Shown here: positions 48,142-56,740 of the stretch, piece after piece
How positions within the stretch are numbered: position 1 is the first letter of the stretch
Layout of the letters: each line of letters starts with the position of its first letter
Source: a bacterium
Lineage (GTDB): Bacteria; Sysuimicrobiota; Sysuimicrobiia; Sysuimicrobiales; Segetimicrobiaceae
DNA length: 64,000 nt
NCBI GenBank assembly: GCA_035308905.1
Contig: DATGFS010000048.1
Span: 121,422 to 185,421, forward strand
Reading direction: 5' to 3'
Position numbers and translations under genes: made by a program
Notes under the pieces: model-generated
What the model saw: only the letters and a program-made list of their open reading frames with translations
Databases searched by the model: none
What the model was told of the DNA's origin: nothing

Positions 48142-50787
48142 ATGCTGCTTGCGGCCCGCGAGGCGCAGGCCGAGGGGCGGCGCGTCGCGCTCGCCTACGT
48201 GGAAATCCATGGGCGGGCCGAGACCGAGGCGCTCGTCGCCGGCTTCACGGTCATCCCCCGCTGGAAGATCGCCTATCGCGGCGTGACGCTCGAGGAGATG
48301 GACCTCGACACCGTCCTCAGCGAGCATCCCGACCTTGCCGTCGTCGACGAGCTGGCCCACACCAACGCGCCGGGGTGCCGGCACGCCCGGCGGTCCCAGG
48401 ACGTCGACGAGCTCCTCGAAGCCGGGATCGACGTCTACACGACGCTCAACGTCCAGCACATCGAGAGCCTCAACGACGTCGTCGCCCAGATCACCGGCAT
48501 CACCGTCCGCGAAACGGTCCCCGACCAGATCCTCGAGCAGGCGGACGAGGTCGGCCTGGTCGACCTGCCCCCGGACGAGCTGATCCAGCGCCTGCATGAA
48601 GGCAAAGTCTACATCCCCGAGCAGGCGAGCCGGGCGATCGACAAGTTCTTCCGCCCCGGCAACCTGACCGCGCTGCGCGAGATCGCGCTCCGGTATCTCG
48701 CCGGCCAGGTCGATCATCAGATGCGGGCCTACATGGAGAGCCACGCGATCCCGGGCCCGTGGCCGGCCGGGGAGCGGGTGCTGGTCTGCATCGACGCGGA
48801 TCCGCTGGCGGAGCGTCTCGTCCGGACGGGTCGGCGCATGGCCACCGGCCTGGACGCCGAGTGGATCGTGCTCCACGTCGAGACGCCCGAGTACGCCACG
48901 CTGCCCGAGGCGGCGCGCGATCGTATCGCGCGGACGCTGCGTCTCGCGGAGGAGCTCGGAGCCAGGACGGTCAGCCTGCCCGGGACGAAAGCCTCCGAGG
49001 AGATCATCCGGTACGCGCGCGCCCAGAACGTGTCGAAGATTCTGGTCGGGGTGTCGCACCATCCCCGGTGGATCCAGCTGATCCACGGCTCGGTGGTCGA
49101 CCGCATCATGCGGGCGGCCGGCAACATCGACGTGTACGTGATCAGCGCGGCCCGCGAGCGGCAGCGCGCTTCCGAACCCGCCGCTCCGGAATGGCCGGGG
49201 CTCTTCAGCAAACCCTATCTCTACGGCGCGGCGGTCGTCGCCCTGGCCGTCGTCATCGGCGCGCTGGTGCACGGGGTCTGGGCCCAGGCGAACGTGACGA
49301 TGCTCTTTCTGCTTGCGGTCGTCGTGACCGCGCTGCAGTGGGGGCGCGGCCCCGCGACGCTCGCGGCGGGCGTGAGCCTCGCGGCGTTCGCGTTCTTCTT
49401 CGGGCCGCCGTCGTTCACGTATACCATGGCCGACACCCAGTATCTCGTCACCGTGGCGGCGCTGCTCTTCGTCGGTCTCGTGATCGGCACCCTGGCCAGC
49501 CGCACGCGTGAGCAGGCCCAGGCGGCGCGCAGCCGCGAAGCGTACATGGCCGCGCTGCACGCCCTGAGCGGAGAGCTCGCCGCGACCAACGACCTCGACG
49601 CGATTCTCCAGGCGGTGGGCCGCCACATCGCGGCGACGTTCGGACGCAGTGTCGCGATCTTCCTGCCGAAAGGCGAGACGCTCGAGCCCCGGCTCATGAC
49701 GCCCGGGTTCCCGCTGACGGAGAACGAACGGGCGGTTGCCGACTGGGTGTTCCGGCGCGGCCACTCGGCCGGGTACGGCACCGACACGGTGCCGGCGGCC
49801 GCCGCGCGGTACATGCCGCTCAAGACCGCGCAGCGGATCGTCGGCGTGCTCGGCGTGCAGCCGCCGGCGTCGGGCCCGCGGCTCAATCCCGAGCAGCGCC
49901 GGCTCCTCGACGCGTTCGCCAGCCAGGCGGCGCTCGCGATCGAGCGCGTGGAGCTGGCGGAAGAGGCGCGCCGCGGCGACATCGCCCGCGAGACGGAGCG
50001 GTTGCAGACCGCGCTCCTGAACTCGATCTCGCACGATCTCCGCACGCCGCTCGCCTCGATCACCGGGGCGCTGACGACGCTCGGCGATCACCCGCCCGCG
50101 GACGAGGCCGTGCGCCGCGAACTGCTGCAGAACGCGAGGGAGCAGGCCGAACGGCTGAACCACCTCGTCGGGAGCCTGCTCGACATGAACCGGCTCGAGG
50201 CCGGGACGCTGCGGCTCCGCATGGAGCCCGGCGACGTGGAGGACCTGATCGGCGCGGCGATCGCGCAGCTCGGCGACACGGCGCAGCACCGTGACATCCG
50301 GGTCTCGGTCGACCCGAAACTGCCGCTCGTGCCGATGGACTTCGCGCTCATCACCCAGGCGCTCGTCAACGTGCTCGACAACGCGCTGCGCTACTCGCCG
50401 CCGGACGCTCCCATCGAGGCCGGCGCGCGTCTCGTGGGAAACGAGGTGCAGATCCGCGTCGAGGACCGCGGGCCCGGCGTGCCGCCCGGCGACGTCACGC
50501 GCATCTTCGACAAGTTCTACCGCATCCAGCACGACGGCGCGGGGCACGGCGCGGGTCTCGGCCTCGCGATCAGCCACGGCATCATTGACGCGCACGGGGG
50601 CCGGATCTGGGCGGCCAACCGCCCCGACGGCGGCGCCATCGTCGCCTTCGCGCTGCCGGTTCGGCCGCCGGAACCTTCCGGAGGTCTGTCCCCGCAAGCG
50701 GAAGACTCACACTCGCGCGGGCCAAGCGGGCGGACGGCCGGCGGGGATCGCGCGTCGCAATGGGCGACACCGGGCCGCGCGTCCTAG
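48142..50787 (+). CDS. kdpD: Sensor histidine kinase KdpD (5' end anomalous: conserved N-terminus lacks a canonical in-frame start)
   Basis: KdpD N-domain, USP domain, 4 TM helices, GAF and HisKA/HATPase_c are all present. The conserved residues RGKLRIFLGYAAGVGKTY are encoded in-frame upstream of the first ATG (48142), with no ATG/GTG/TTG back to the kdpC stop. A GTG at 47994 overlaps the kdpC stop (GTGA) but is in the +1 frame. Confidence 0.75.
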   Translation: MLLAAREAQAEGRRVALAYVEIHGRAETEALVAGFTVIPRWKIAYRGVTLEEMDLDTVLSEHPDLAVVDELAHTNAPGCRHARRSQDVDELLEAGIDVYTTLNVQHIESLNDVVAQITGITVRETVPDQILEQADEVGLVDLPPDELIQRLHEGKVYIPEQASRAIDKFFRPGNLTALREIALRYLAGQVDHQMRAYMESHAIPGPWPAGERVLVCIDADPLAERLVRTGRRMATGLDAEWIVLHVETPEYATLPEAARDRIARTLRLAEELGARTVSLPGTKASEEIIRYARAQNVSKILVGVSHHPRWIQLIHGSVVDRIMRAAGNIDVYVISAARERQRASEPAAPEWPGLFSKPYLYGAAVVALAVVIGALVHGVWAQANVTMLFLLAVVVTALQWGRGPATLAAGVSLAAFAFFFGPPSFTYTMADTQYLVTVAALLFVGLVIGTLASRTREQAQAARSREAYMAALHALSGELAATNDLDAILQAVGRHIAATFGRSVAIFLPKGETLEPRLMTPGFPLTENERAVADWVFRRGHSAGYGTDTVPAAAARYMPLKTAQRIVGVLGVQPPASGPRLNPEQRRLLDAFASQAALAIERVELAEEARRGDIARETERLQTALLNSISHDLRTPLASITGALTTLGDHPPADEAVRRELLQNAREQAERLNHLVGSLLDMNRLEAGTLRLRMEPGDVEDLIGAAIAQLGDTAQHRDIRVSVDPKLPLVPMDFALITQALVNVLDNALRYSPPDAPIEAGARLVGNEVQIRVEDRGPGVPPGDVTRIFDKFYRIQHDGAGHGAGLGLAISHGIIDAHGGRIWAANRPDGGAIVAFALPVRPPEPSGGLSPQAEDSHSRGPSGRTAGGDRASQWATPGRAS

Positions 50788-51452
50788 TCGTCGACGACGA
50801 GCTCGCGATCCGCCGGTTCCTGCGGGCGTCGCTGTCGGCGCAGGGGTACCAGATGTTCGAGGCCCCGTCCGCGCGCGAGGGGCTGGACGCGGCGGCGACC
50901 GTGCGTCCGGATCTCATCATTCTCGATCTCGGCCTGCCGGATCTCGACGGCGTGGAGGTCACGCGGCGGCTTCGCGAATGGTCGAAGGTGCCGGTGCTGA
51001 TCCTGTCTGTGCGTGGGCGGGACGAAGAGAAGATCGCGGCACTCGACGCCGGCGCGGACGACTACCTGACGAAGCCGTTCAGCATCGGTGAACTGCTGGC
51101 CCGGATGCGCGTCGCCATGCGGCATGTCGCGCAGCCGGCCGACGAGCCGGTCGTGACCGCGGGCGACCTGACGGTCGACGTGGCGCGCCGCCTCGTCACG
51201 GTCGGCGAACGCGAGATCACCCTGACGCCCGTCGAGTACACGCTGCTCAAGACCCTGGCGCTCCACGCGGGACGTGTGATGACCCACGGCCAGCTGCTCC
51301 GCGAGGTGTGGGGGCCGGGCTACAATCAGGGCGGCAACCTGCTCCGCGTCAATATCAGCAAGCTCCGCCACAAGGTCGAACCGGACCCGGCCCGGCCGCA
51401 CTACATCGTGACCGAGCCCGGCGTCGGCTACCGGCTGCGGATGGCGACCTGA
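50760..51452 (+). CDS. kdpE: Response regulator KdpE (OmpR family)
   Basis: Receiver domain (VLVVDDE...D...K) plus a winged-helix OmpR C-terminal domain; overlaps the kdpD end. Confidence 0.85.
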   Translation: MGDTGPRVLVVDDELAIRRFLRASLSAQGYQMFEAPSAREGLDAAATVRPDLIILDLGLPDLDGVEVTRRLREWSKVPVLILSVRGRDEEKIAALDAGADDYLTKPFSIGELLARMRVAMRHVAQPADEPVVTAGDLTVDVARRLVTVGEREITLTPVEYTLLKTLALHAGRVMTHGQLLREVWGPGYNQGGNLLRVNISKLRHKVEPDPARPHYIVTEPGVGYRLRMAT

Positions 51453-51456
51453 TCGT

Positions 51457-51490
51457 CGCCGGCCGACCCATGGCCGGCCGCTTACTTTTT
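51457..51490 (+). terminator. Putative terminator after kdpE
   Basis: GCCGGCC-7 nt loop-GGCCGGC stem, then CCGCTTACTTTTT. The U-tract is displaced by 8 nt. Confidence 0.35.
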
Positions 51491-52021
51491 CGGGTCGAGC
51501 TTCAACGCCGCGGAGTTGATGCAGTAGCGGAGTCCGGTCGGCACCGGGCCATCGTCGAATACATGCCCGAGGTGGGCGTCGCAGCGCGCGCACAACACTT
51601 CGGTCCGGATCATGCCGTGGCTCCGGTCGGTCTCCTCCGCAATCGCGGCGTCCTGGGCCGGACGTGTGAAGCTCGGCCATCCGCATCCCGCGTCGAACTT
51701 GGCGTCCGACTCGAAGAGCTCCGCACCGCAGCACACGCACCGGTAGGTGCCGGGCGTCGTCGTCTTCTCGTACTCGCCGCTGAACGGCCGCTCCGTCGCT
51801 TTGCGCCGCGTGACGGCGTACTGCTCCGGGCTCAGCAGCCGGCGCCATTCCGCGTCGCTCTTTGTCACCCTCTCGGAGGCGGGACCTCCCCTGTCTGACG
51901 CAGGACCTCCGGCCGCGTCTGAGCCTGCGGCGCGGACCAAAGATGCGCCTCCTGCGGGCGCGTCTGAGCCTGCGGCGCGGGCCAAAGATGCGTCTCCTGC
52001 CTTCTCGCCTTGCTGTGCCAT
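51482..52021 (-). CDS. msrB: Peptide-methionine (R)-S-oxide reductase MsrB with a repeat-containing low-complexity N-terminal extension
   Basis: SelR core with 2x CxxC ([10 protein letters not shown]...[12 protein letters not shown]). The ~55-aa Ala/Gly/Ser N-terminal extension is encoded partly by a 2x ~43-bp tandem repeat. The true start may be internal (GTG). Confidence 0.7.
   Translation of the reverse strand: MAQQGEKAGDASLARAAGSDAPAGGASLVRAAGSDAAGGPASDRGGPASERVTKSDAEWRRLLSPEQYAVTRRKATERPFSGEYEKTTTPGTYRCVCCGAELFESDAKFDAGCGWPSFTRPAQDAAIAEETDRSHGMIRTEVLCARCDAHLGHVFDDGPVPTGLRYCINSAALKLDPKK
51915..51999. repeat. 2x ~43-bp tandem direct repeat inside the msrB 5' region
   Basis: GCGTCTGAGCCTGCGGCGCGG(A/G)CCAAAGATGCG(C/T)CTCCTGC repeated back-to-back. 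Confidence 0.6.
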
Positions 52022-52235
52022 CGAGGCTCCCTCACCTATGCTTCAACCGAAGTTTCTGTCGCTTCCACGATATCTCCGCGGCGGATTGTCCGCAAGCCGG
52101 CCGCCGGCCGCGGCGTCCGGTCTTCACAACTTCCCGCTCAAGTTCCCCGGTCTTGGGCATCACAACACACAAGACTCGGGGCACGTTGCGGTAAGGGCGG
52201 CCGACGAAATCCCGAGACACCGGCCGCCTGAGAGG

Positions 52236-54884
52236 ATGTTTCATATCATGCCGCGTCTTGCGGGGCAGGGGGAGCCGCAGCGCGTCGCGGAGACGCAGGA
52301 AATTCACCGGGACGCGAACGTCGAACTGCGCGCGACGCTGATGGCGCGCTTGGTGGCCGTCAGCGAAACCCTGCGCGGAAGTGCGTCGACGGAGGCCGCC
52401 GCCGCGGCGGTCGGACGGGCCCTGCTCATGTTGACCGGTGCGGCGCGCAGCGCCGTCTTTCTCCGCTCGCAGAACGGCATCGTCACGTGTCCCTGGTCGC
52501 ACAACCTGTCGGAAGAATACGTCGCGCGGCTGCGGACGCCGGACGGCGCCAATCCCTGGGCGCATCTCTCCCGCCATCCCGAACTCGCGTGCATGGACCT
52601 GCCGGCGCGCGGCCGCATCAAGGCCGCCGTGCCCGCGATCGTCGAAGACGTTCGAACGCTGCCGGCCGGCAACGAGATCCGCCGCGCCGCGGAGCGCGAG
52701 CGCATCCGCGCGTTCTGCTCGTGGCCGCTCAGCCGCGGCGGGCGCGTGTTCGCAGCGGTCGCGTACTATTTCGAGGCGCCGCACGCGTGCGCGGCCGCCG
52801 AGCGCGAGGTCGTCCTGGCTTTTGCGCTGCAGGCGACCGCGACACTCGAGCAGGCGATCGCCGCGGAGGCGCGCGGGGAGGGGGCCGCGGAAGCCGAGGC
52901 CGCCGGGGCCGAGGCGGAGGCCCGGCTCGAGATCGAGGCGGCTCGACTCGCGGCGCTGCAGCGCGCGCTGGATGCCGAAAGCGCGCGTCTCTCCGCGGAG
53001 CGAACGGAGCTCGCGGTGGAGGACGAGCGGCTCGGCGGCGCGCGGCGTGAGCTCGACGCCGACCGCGAACGGCTGGTCGAGACGCGGCGCGCACTCGAGA
53101 ACGAATCCGAGCGGTTTGCCGCCACGCGCGGCGAGTTGGAGGCGGACCGGAAGCGGCTCTCGGACCTCCGTCGCGAGGCGGAGGCGGAGCAGGCGCGGCT
53201 GGAGGCGTTCCGCCGCGAACTCGACCTGGAGCGGTACCAGATCGACCGGCTCCGCGAGGAGATGGACGGCGCGCGCAAGCTGCTCACGAAGGATCAGGCG
53301 GAGCTCGATGCTGCGCGTGCGGATGTCACCAAGCACCGGACGGAGCTCGAGGCCAAGCGTGCGGCCATCGCCAACGACCGGGCGGATCTCGACGCGGATC
53401 GCGCCGGGGTCGTCAAGGCGCGGGCGGATATCGAGGTCGAGCAGGCGCACGCTGCCGAGGACCGAGTGGATCTCGACGCGCGGCAGGCGGCCGTCGCCAA
53501 AGCCGGGGCCGATCTCGAGGCCGGGCAGGCGGCCGTCACCAAAGCCCGGGCCGAGCTCGAGGTCGAGCAGGCGGCCGTCACCAAAGCCCGAGCCGAGCTC
53601 GAGGCCGGGCAGGCGGCCGTCACCAAAGCCCGAGCCGAGCTCGAGGCCGAGCAGGCGGCCGTCACCAAAGCCCGAGCCGATCTCGAGGTCGAGCGCGCCA
53701 AGCTCACCGAGGCTCGGCGGGCGTTGGAGGCCGAGCGGCTGCGGTCTGCGGAGTCCACAGGGGCCGCGCCCGACAGCGACGCGGCGGAGCGCGCGCGGGC
53801 CGCCGCCGAGCTGGAGCAGGAGAAGAACCGCCTGATCGAGGCGCACGGCGAGCTCACGGCCGCGGAAACCGAGCTGGCCCGGACGAGGGCCGCACTGGAA
53901 GCCGAGACCGCGCGGCTCGCGGAGGCGCGGCGAGAACTCGAAGGGGATCGCGCGCGTCTCACGGAGGTCCAGCGTGTCGTCGAGGAGGATCGGGCACGTC
54001 TCTCGGACGTCCAGCGGGCGCTTGAGACAGACCGCGCGCAGTTGGCGGAGATGCGGGCGGCCTTCGACGCGTCCAGCGCACGGCTCGCCGACGCGCAACG
54101 AGGGTTCGGGGTCGAGCGGGAACGCCTCGCGGACGTCTGCCGCGCGCTCGACGGCGAGAAAGCTGAGCTGAAGGCCGCTCAGGGCGGCCTCACCGCGGAG
54201 TGCGCGCGCCTATCGGCCGCCGTCGCCGCGCTCACCGACCCGGCGCCTGCCTACTCCCCGGCCGTTGCCGGGCCGGCGACCGAGGCCGCGCGGCCTGTCC
54301 GCACCGCCCCGTCCGGCCCGGCGAATGGCAAGCAGGGCCCCACCAAAGACGTCAGAGCGGGGAAGCCTGTCGTGCCGCCGGTTCCGTCCGCGCCTTCGTC
54401 ACAACTCCCGAGCGCTACCGGCGGACCTGCCGCCGGTCCTCAGCCGGGACCGGTCAACTCGGTCATCGGCCGGCAGACGACGCCGGAGAAGTATCGCGAG
54501 CGTCTCGCCGGATGGGCCGAGGTCGCTGCGAAGGCGCTCGGCTGCAAAGAGCCCGAGGTGCTCGACCTGCGCCGGGCCGCGCTGCTTCAGGGGGTCTCCG
54601 CGCCCGCCGGAGGCGCCTTGCCCCGGGGCGTCGCGGTGATCCTCAAGCACCGCGAGGAGCGCTGGGACGGGACGGGGACGCCCGACCATCTGAAAGAGGA
54701 CGCGATCCCGCTCGGCGCGCGGATTCTCGCCGTGGCCACCGCCTACGCGGACATGGTCACCGGCGGGCCCGGCTCCCCGATGCTCTACTACCTGGACGCG
54801 AAAGCGCATCTGCGGCGGAACGCCGGCGCCGCGTTCGATCCAAAGATCGTGGAGGTGTTCTGCCGCGTCGTCGATCGCGGCTGA
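52236..54884 (+). CDS. Large GAF-like / long coiled-coil / degenerate HD-GYP multidomain protein (~880 aa)
   Basis: N-terminal ~200 aa GAF-like region. About 500 aa of heptad-rich coiled coil, including 14-aa tandem repeats (QAAVTKARAELEAE). A Pro-rich linker, then a C-terminal HD-GYP-like segment (HREERWDGTGTPDHLK...IPLGARILAVATAYADM...AGAAFDPKIVEVF) in which HD is replaced by QG and GYP by GTP. Start ATG at 52236 or 52248 (RBS GAGAGG). The track ORF start at 51747 overlaps msrB and is rejected. Confidence 0.6.
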   Translation: MFHIMPRLAGQGEPQRVAETQEIHRDANVELRATLMARLVAVSETLRGSASTEAAAAAVGRALLMLTGAARSAVFLRSQNGIVTCPWSHNLSEEYVARLRTPDGANPWAHLSRHPELACMDLPARGRIKAAVPAIVEDVRTLPAGNEIRRAAERERIRAFCSWPLSRGGRVFAAVAYYFEAPHACAAAEREVVLAFALQATATLEQAIAAEARGEGAAEAEAAGAEAEARLEIEAARLAALQRALDAESARLSAERTELAVEDERLGGARRELDADRERLVETRRALENESERFAATRGELEADRKRLSDLRREAEAEQARLEAFRRELDLERYQIDRLREEMDGARKLLTKDQAELDAARADVTKHRTELEAKRAAIANDRADLDADRAGVVKARADIEVEQAHAAEDRVDLDARQAAVAKAGADLEAGQAAVTKARAELEVEQAAVTKARAELEAGQAAVTKARAELEAEQAAVTKARADLEVERAKLTEARRALEAERLRSAESTGAAPDSDAAERARAAAELEQEKNRLIEAHGELTAAETELARTRAALEAETARLAEARRELEGDRARLTEVQRVVEEDRARLSDVQRALETDRAQLAEMRAAFDASSARLADAQRGFGVERERLADVCRALDGEKAELKAAQGGLTAECARLSAAVAALTDPAPAYSPAVAGPATEAARPVRTAPSGPANGKQGPTKDVRAGKPVVPPVPSAPSSQLPSATGGPAAGPQPGPVNSVIGRQTTPEKYRERLAGWAEVAAKALGCKEPEVLDLRRAALLQGVSAPAGGALPRGVAVILKHREERWDGTGTPDHLKEDAIPLGARILAVATAYADMVTGGPGSPMLYYLDAKAHLRRNAGAAFDPKIVEVFCRVVDRG
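53485..53694. repeat. Five near-perfect 42-bp tandem repeats (plus degenerate flanking copies) within the coiled-coil CDS
   Basis: Unit CAGGCGGCCGTCACCAAAGCCCGAGCCGAGCTCGAGGCCGGG/GAG at 53485, 53527, 53569, 53611 and 53653. Degenerate copies at 53443 and 53695. Confidence 0.8.
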
Positions 54885-54932
54885 CGTTCGAGCAGGCATT
54901 CCCCGATCCTCCATGGAAACCGGCGAGGCATC

Positions 54933-55712
54933 ATGGCGCCGCTCCTCTCCATCGAAGGGGTGACCAAGGAGTTTCTGGTTCGCGGGACGCGGATCGCGGC
55001 GCTCGATGCGATCAGCCTTGCCGTCGATGAGCGCGAGTTCGTCACCGTCATCGGTCCCTCCGGCTGCGGCAAATCCACCCTGCTCAACCTCGTGGTCGGC
55101 CTCGCGGCGCCCACCGCCGGCCGCATTGTCTTTCGCGGCCGCCCGATCGCCGGGATTACGCCGGCGATCGGCTACGTCACCCAGCGCGACAATCTGCTGC
55201 CGTGGCGAACGCTGGTCGGGAACGTCGAGATCGCGCTCGAGATCCGAGGCGTGGCCCGCGGCGAGCGCCGCCGGCGCGCCGCGGGCCTCATCGCCCAGGT
55301 CGGGCTGGCCGGCTTCGAGTCGCACTATCCCCACGAGCTCTCCGGCGGGATGCGCCAGCGCGCCAACATCGTGCGCACGCTGATCTACGAGCCGGACCTG
55401 ATTCTGATGGACGAGCCGTTCGGCCCGCTCGACGCGCAGACCCGGATCGTCCTGCAGGACCAGCTTCTCCGGCTGTGGGCCTCCACCGCCAAGACGATCA
55501 TCTTCATCACGCACGACCTCGTCGAGGCGGTGGCGCTCGCCGACCGCGTCGTCGTCATGAGCTCGCGTCCCGGGCGGATCAAGTGCGTGGCGGACGTGCC
55601 GATTCCGCGGCCGCGGGACCTCTACCGAATTCACGAGCACCCCGGCTTCGCGCCGGTCTACGGCGCGCTGTGGAACGAGCTGCGGCCCGAAGTGACGGTC
55701 GCGCAGGCCTGA
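54933..55712 (+). CDS. ABC transporter ATP-binding protein (nitrate/sulfonate/taurine NitT/TauT type)
   Basis: GPSGCGKST, LSGGMRQR and LLMDEPFGPLD motifs. Confidence 0.8.
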   Translation: MAPLLSIEGVTKEFLVRGTRIAALDAISLAVDEREFVTVIGPSGCGKSTLLNLVVGLAAPTAGRIVFRGRPIAGITPAIGYVTQRDNLLPWRTLVGNVEIALEIRGVARGERRRRAAGLIAQVGLAGFESHYPHELSGGMRQRANIVRTLIYEPDLILMDEPFGPLDAQTRIVLQDQLLRLWASTAKTIIFITHDLVEAVALADRVVVMSSRPGRIKCVADVPIPRPRDLYRIHEHPGFAPVYGALWNELRPEVTVAQA

Positions 55713-55726
55713 GAGGAGGGATCGCG

Positions 55727-56740
55727 ATGGTCCGGCGGGTGGCGGGGGCGTTTCTCGTCCTGGTGTGCGGGCTGCTGCTCGTCCCGGGCGCCGCATCACC
55801 GCAAGGCCTCAAGAAGATCAGCATCACGATGCCGGTCACGGCCCTCTCCATGCTGCCGGTCTATCTCGCCAAGGCGAACGGCTACTTCGCCGCCGGTGGC
55901 CTTGACGTGGAGATGATCATGACCAGCGGCGCGGGGCCCGACGTGAAGGCGCTGATCTCCGGGGACGTGGACTTCGCGTTCACGCCCGGCGACAACGTCA
56001 TGCTGGCGTACCAGGAAGGCAAGCGCGTGGTGATCGTGATGAACGGCTTCCGCCGGCTGCTGATCAACTGGGCGATGCGGACCGACGTGGCGCGCGCCCA
56101 CGGCATCACCGAGGCGACGCCGCTCGCGCAGAAGATCAAGGCCCTCAAGGGACTCACGATCGGCGTCACGCAGGCCGGCGCGCTGACCGCACACCTCGCG
56201 ACGTTCGTCGTGCGCCGCGCCGGCTACTCGCCGCAGCAGGACGTGACGCTGGTCCCGATCGGCGCCGGCCCGACTTGGCTCGCGGCCCTGCAGAACCACA
56301 AGGTGGACGTGGCCCTCACGGCCACGCCGGTCCCCGAAACCGCGATCAGCCAGGGCTACGCGATGATGTTCATCAACAACGCCAAGGGCGAGGACCCGTC
56401 GGTGCCGGAGTTCCTGATGGAGTGCCTGATCACGCGCCCCGACGTGGTGCAGAAGAACCCCGATCTCGTCCGCCGGATGGCCCGGGCCCTCATGCAGTCC
56501 AACATCTGGGCGCTGCGCCACCAGCCCCAGGAGATCGCCGACGCGGTCAAGCCGTTCCTCGGCCAGACGCCCCCCGCGGTGCTGCTCGCCGGCGTCGAGT
56601 CGACCCTGCCGGCCCTCAGCCGCGACGGGCGGGCGACGGAACGCGCCGTGCAGATCACGCAGGACGTCCTCCAGCAGGCCGGGATCCTCAAGACCCGTCC
56701 GGCGTACGCGGACGTCGTGGACAACGACTTCCTGCGATGA
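55727..56740 (+). CDS. NMT1/THI5-like (SsuA/TauA family) ABC substrate-binding protein
   Basis: Signal peptide plus the SsuA/TauA-type periplasmic fold. RBS GAGAGGAGGG upstream of the ATG at 55727. The upstream part of the track ORF is antisense junk. Confidence 0.7.
   Translation: MVRRVAGAFLVLVCGLLLVPGAASPQGLKKISITMPVTALSMLPVYLAKANGYFAAGGLDVEMIMTSGAGPDVKALISGDVDFAFTPGDNVMLAYQEGKRVVIVMNGFRRLLINWAMRTDVARAHGITEATPLAQKIKALKGLTIGVTQAGALTAHLATFVVRRAGYSPQQDVTLVPIGAGPTWLAALQNHKVDVALTATPVPETAISQGYAMMFINNAKGEDPSVPEFLMECLITRPDVVQKNPDLVRRMARALMQSNIWALRHQPQEIADAVKPFLGQTPPAVLLAGVESTLPALSRDGRATERAVQITQDVLQQAGILKTRPAYADVVDNDFLR

Noticed and set aside
48049-50697. 882-aa minus-strand ORF opposite kdpD
   Set aside because: Mirror-frame artefact of kdpD; the product is R/D/G/P-rich with no motifs.
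51747-52235. ORF-track start of the large coiled-coil protein at 51747
   Set aside because: It would overlap the whole msrB gene on the opposite strand, and the encoded residues are low-complexity read-through of the msrB repeat. The ATGs at 52236 or 52248 with a GAGAGG RBS were preferred.
52032-54098. 688-aa minus-strand ORF opposite the coiled-coil gene
   Set aside because: Antisense of the repeat-rich CDS. Its periodicity merely reflects the plus-strand tandem repeats.
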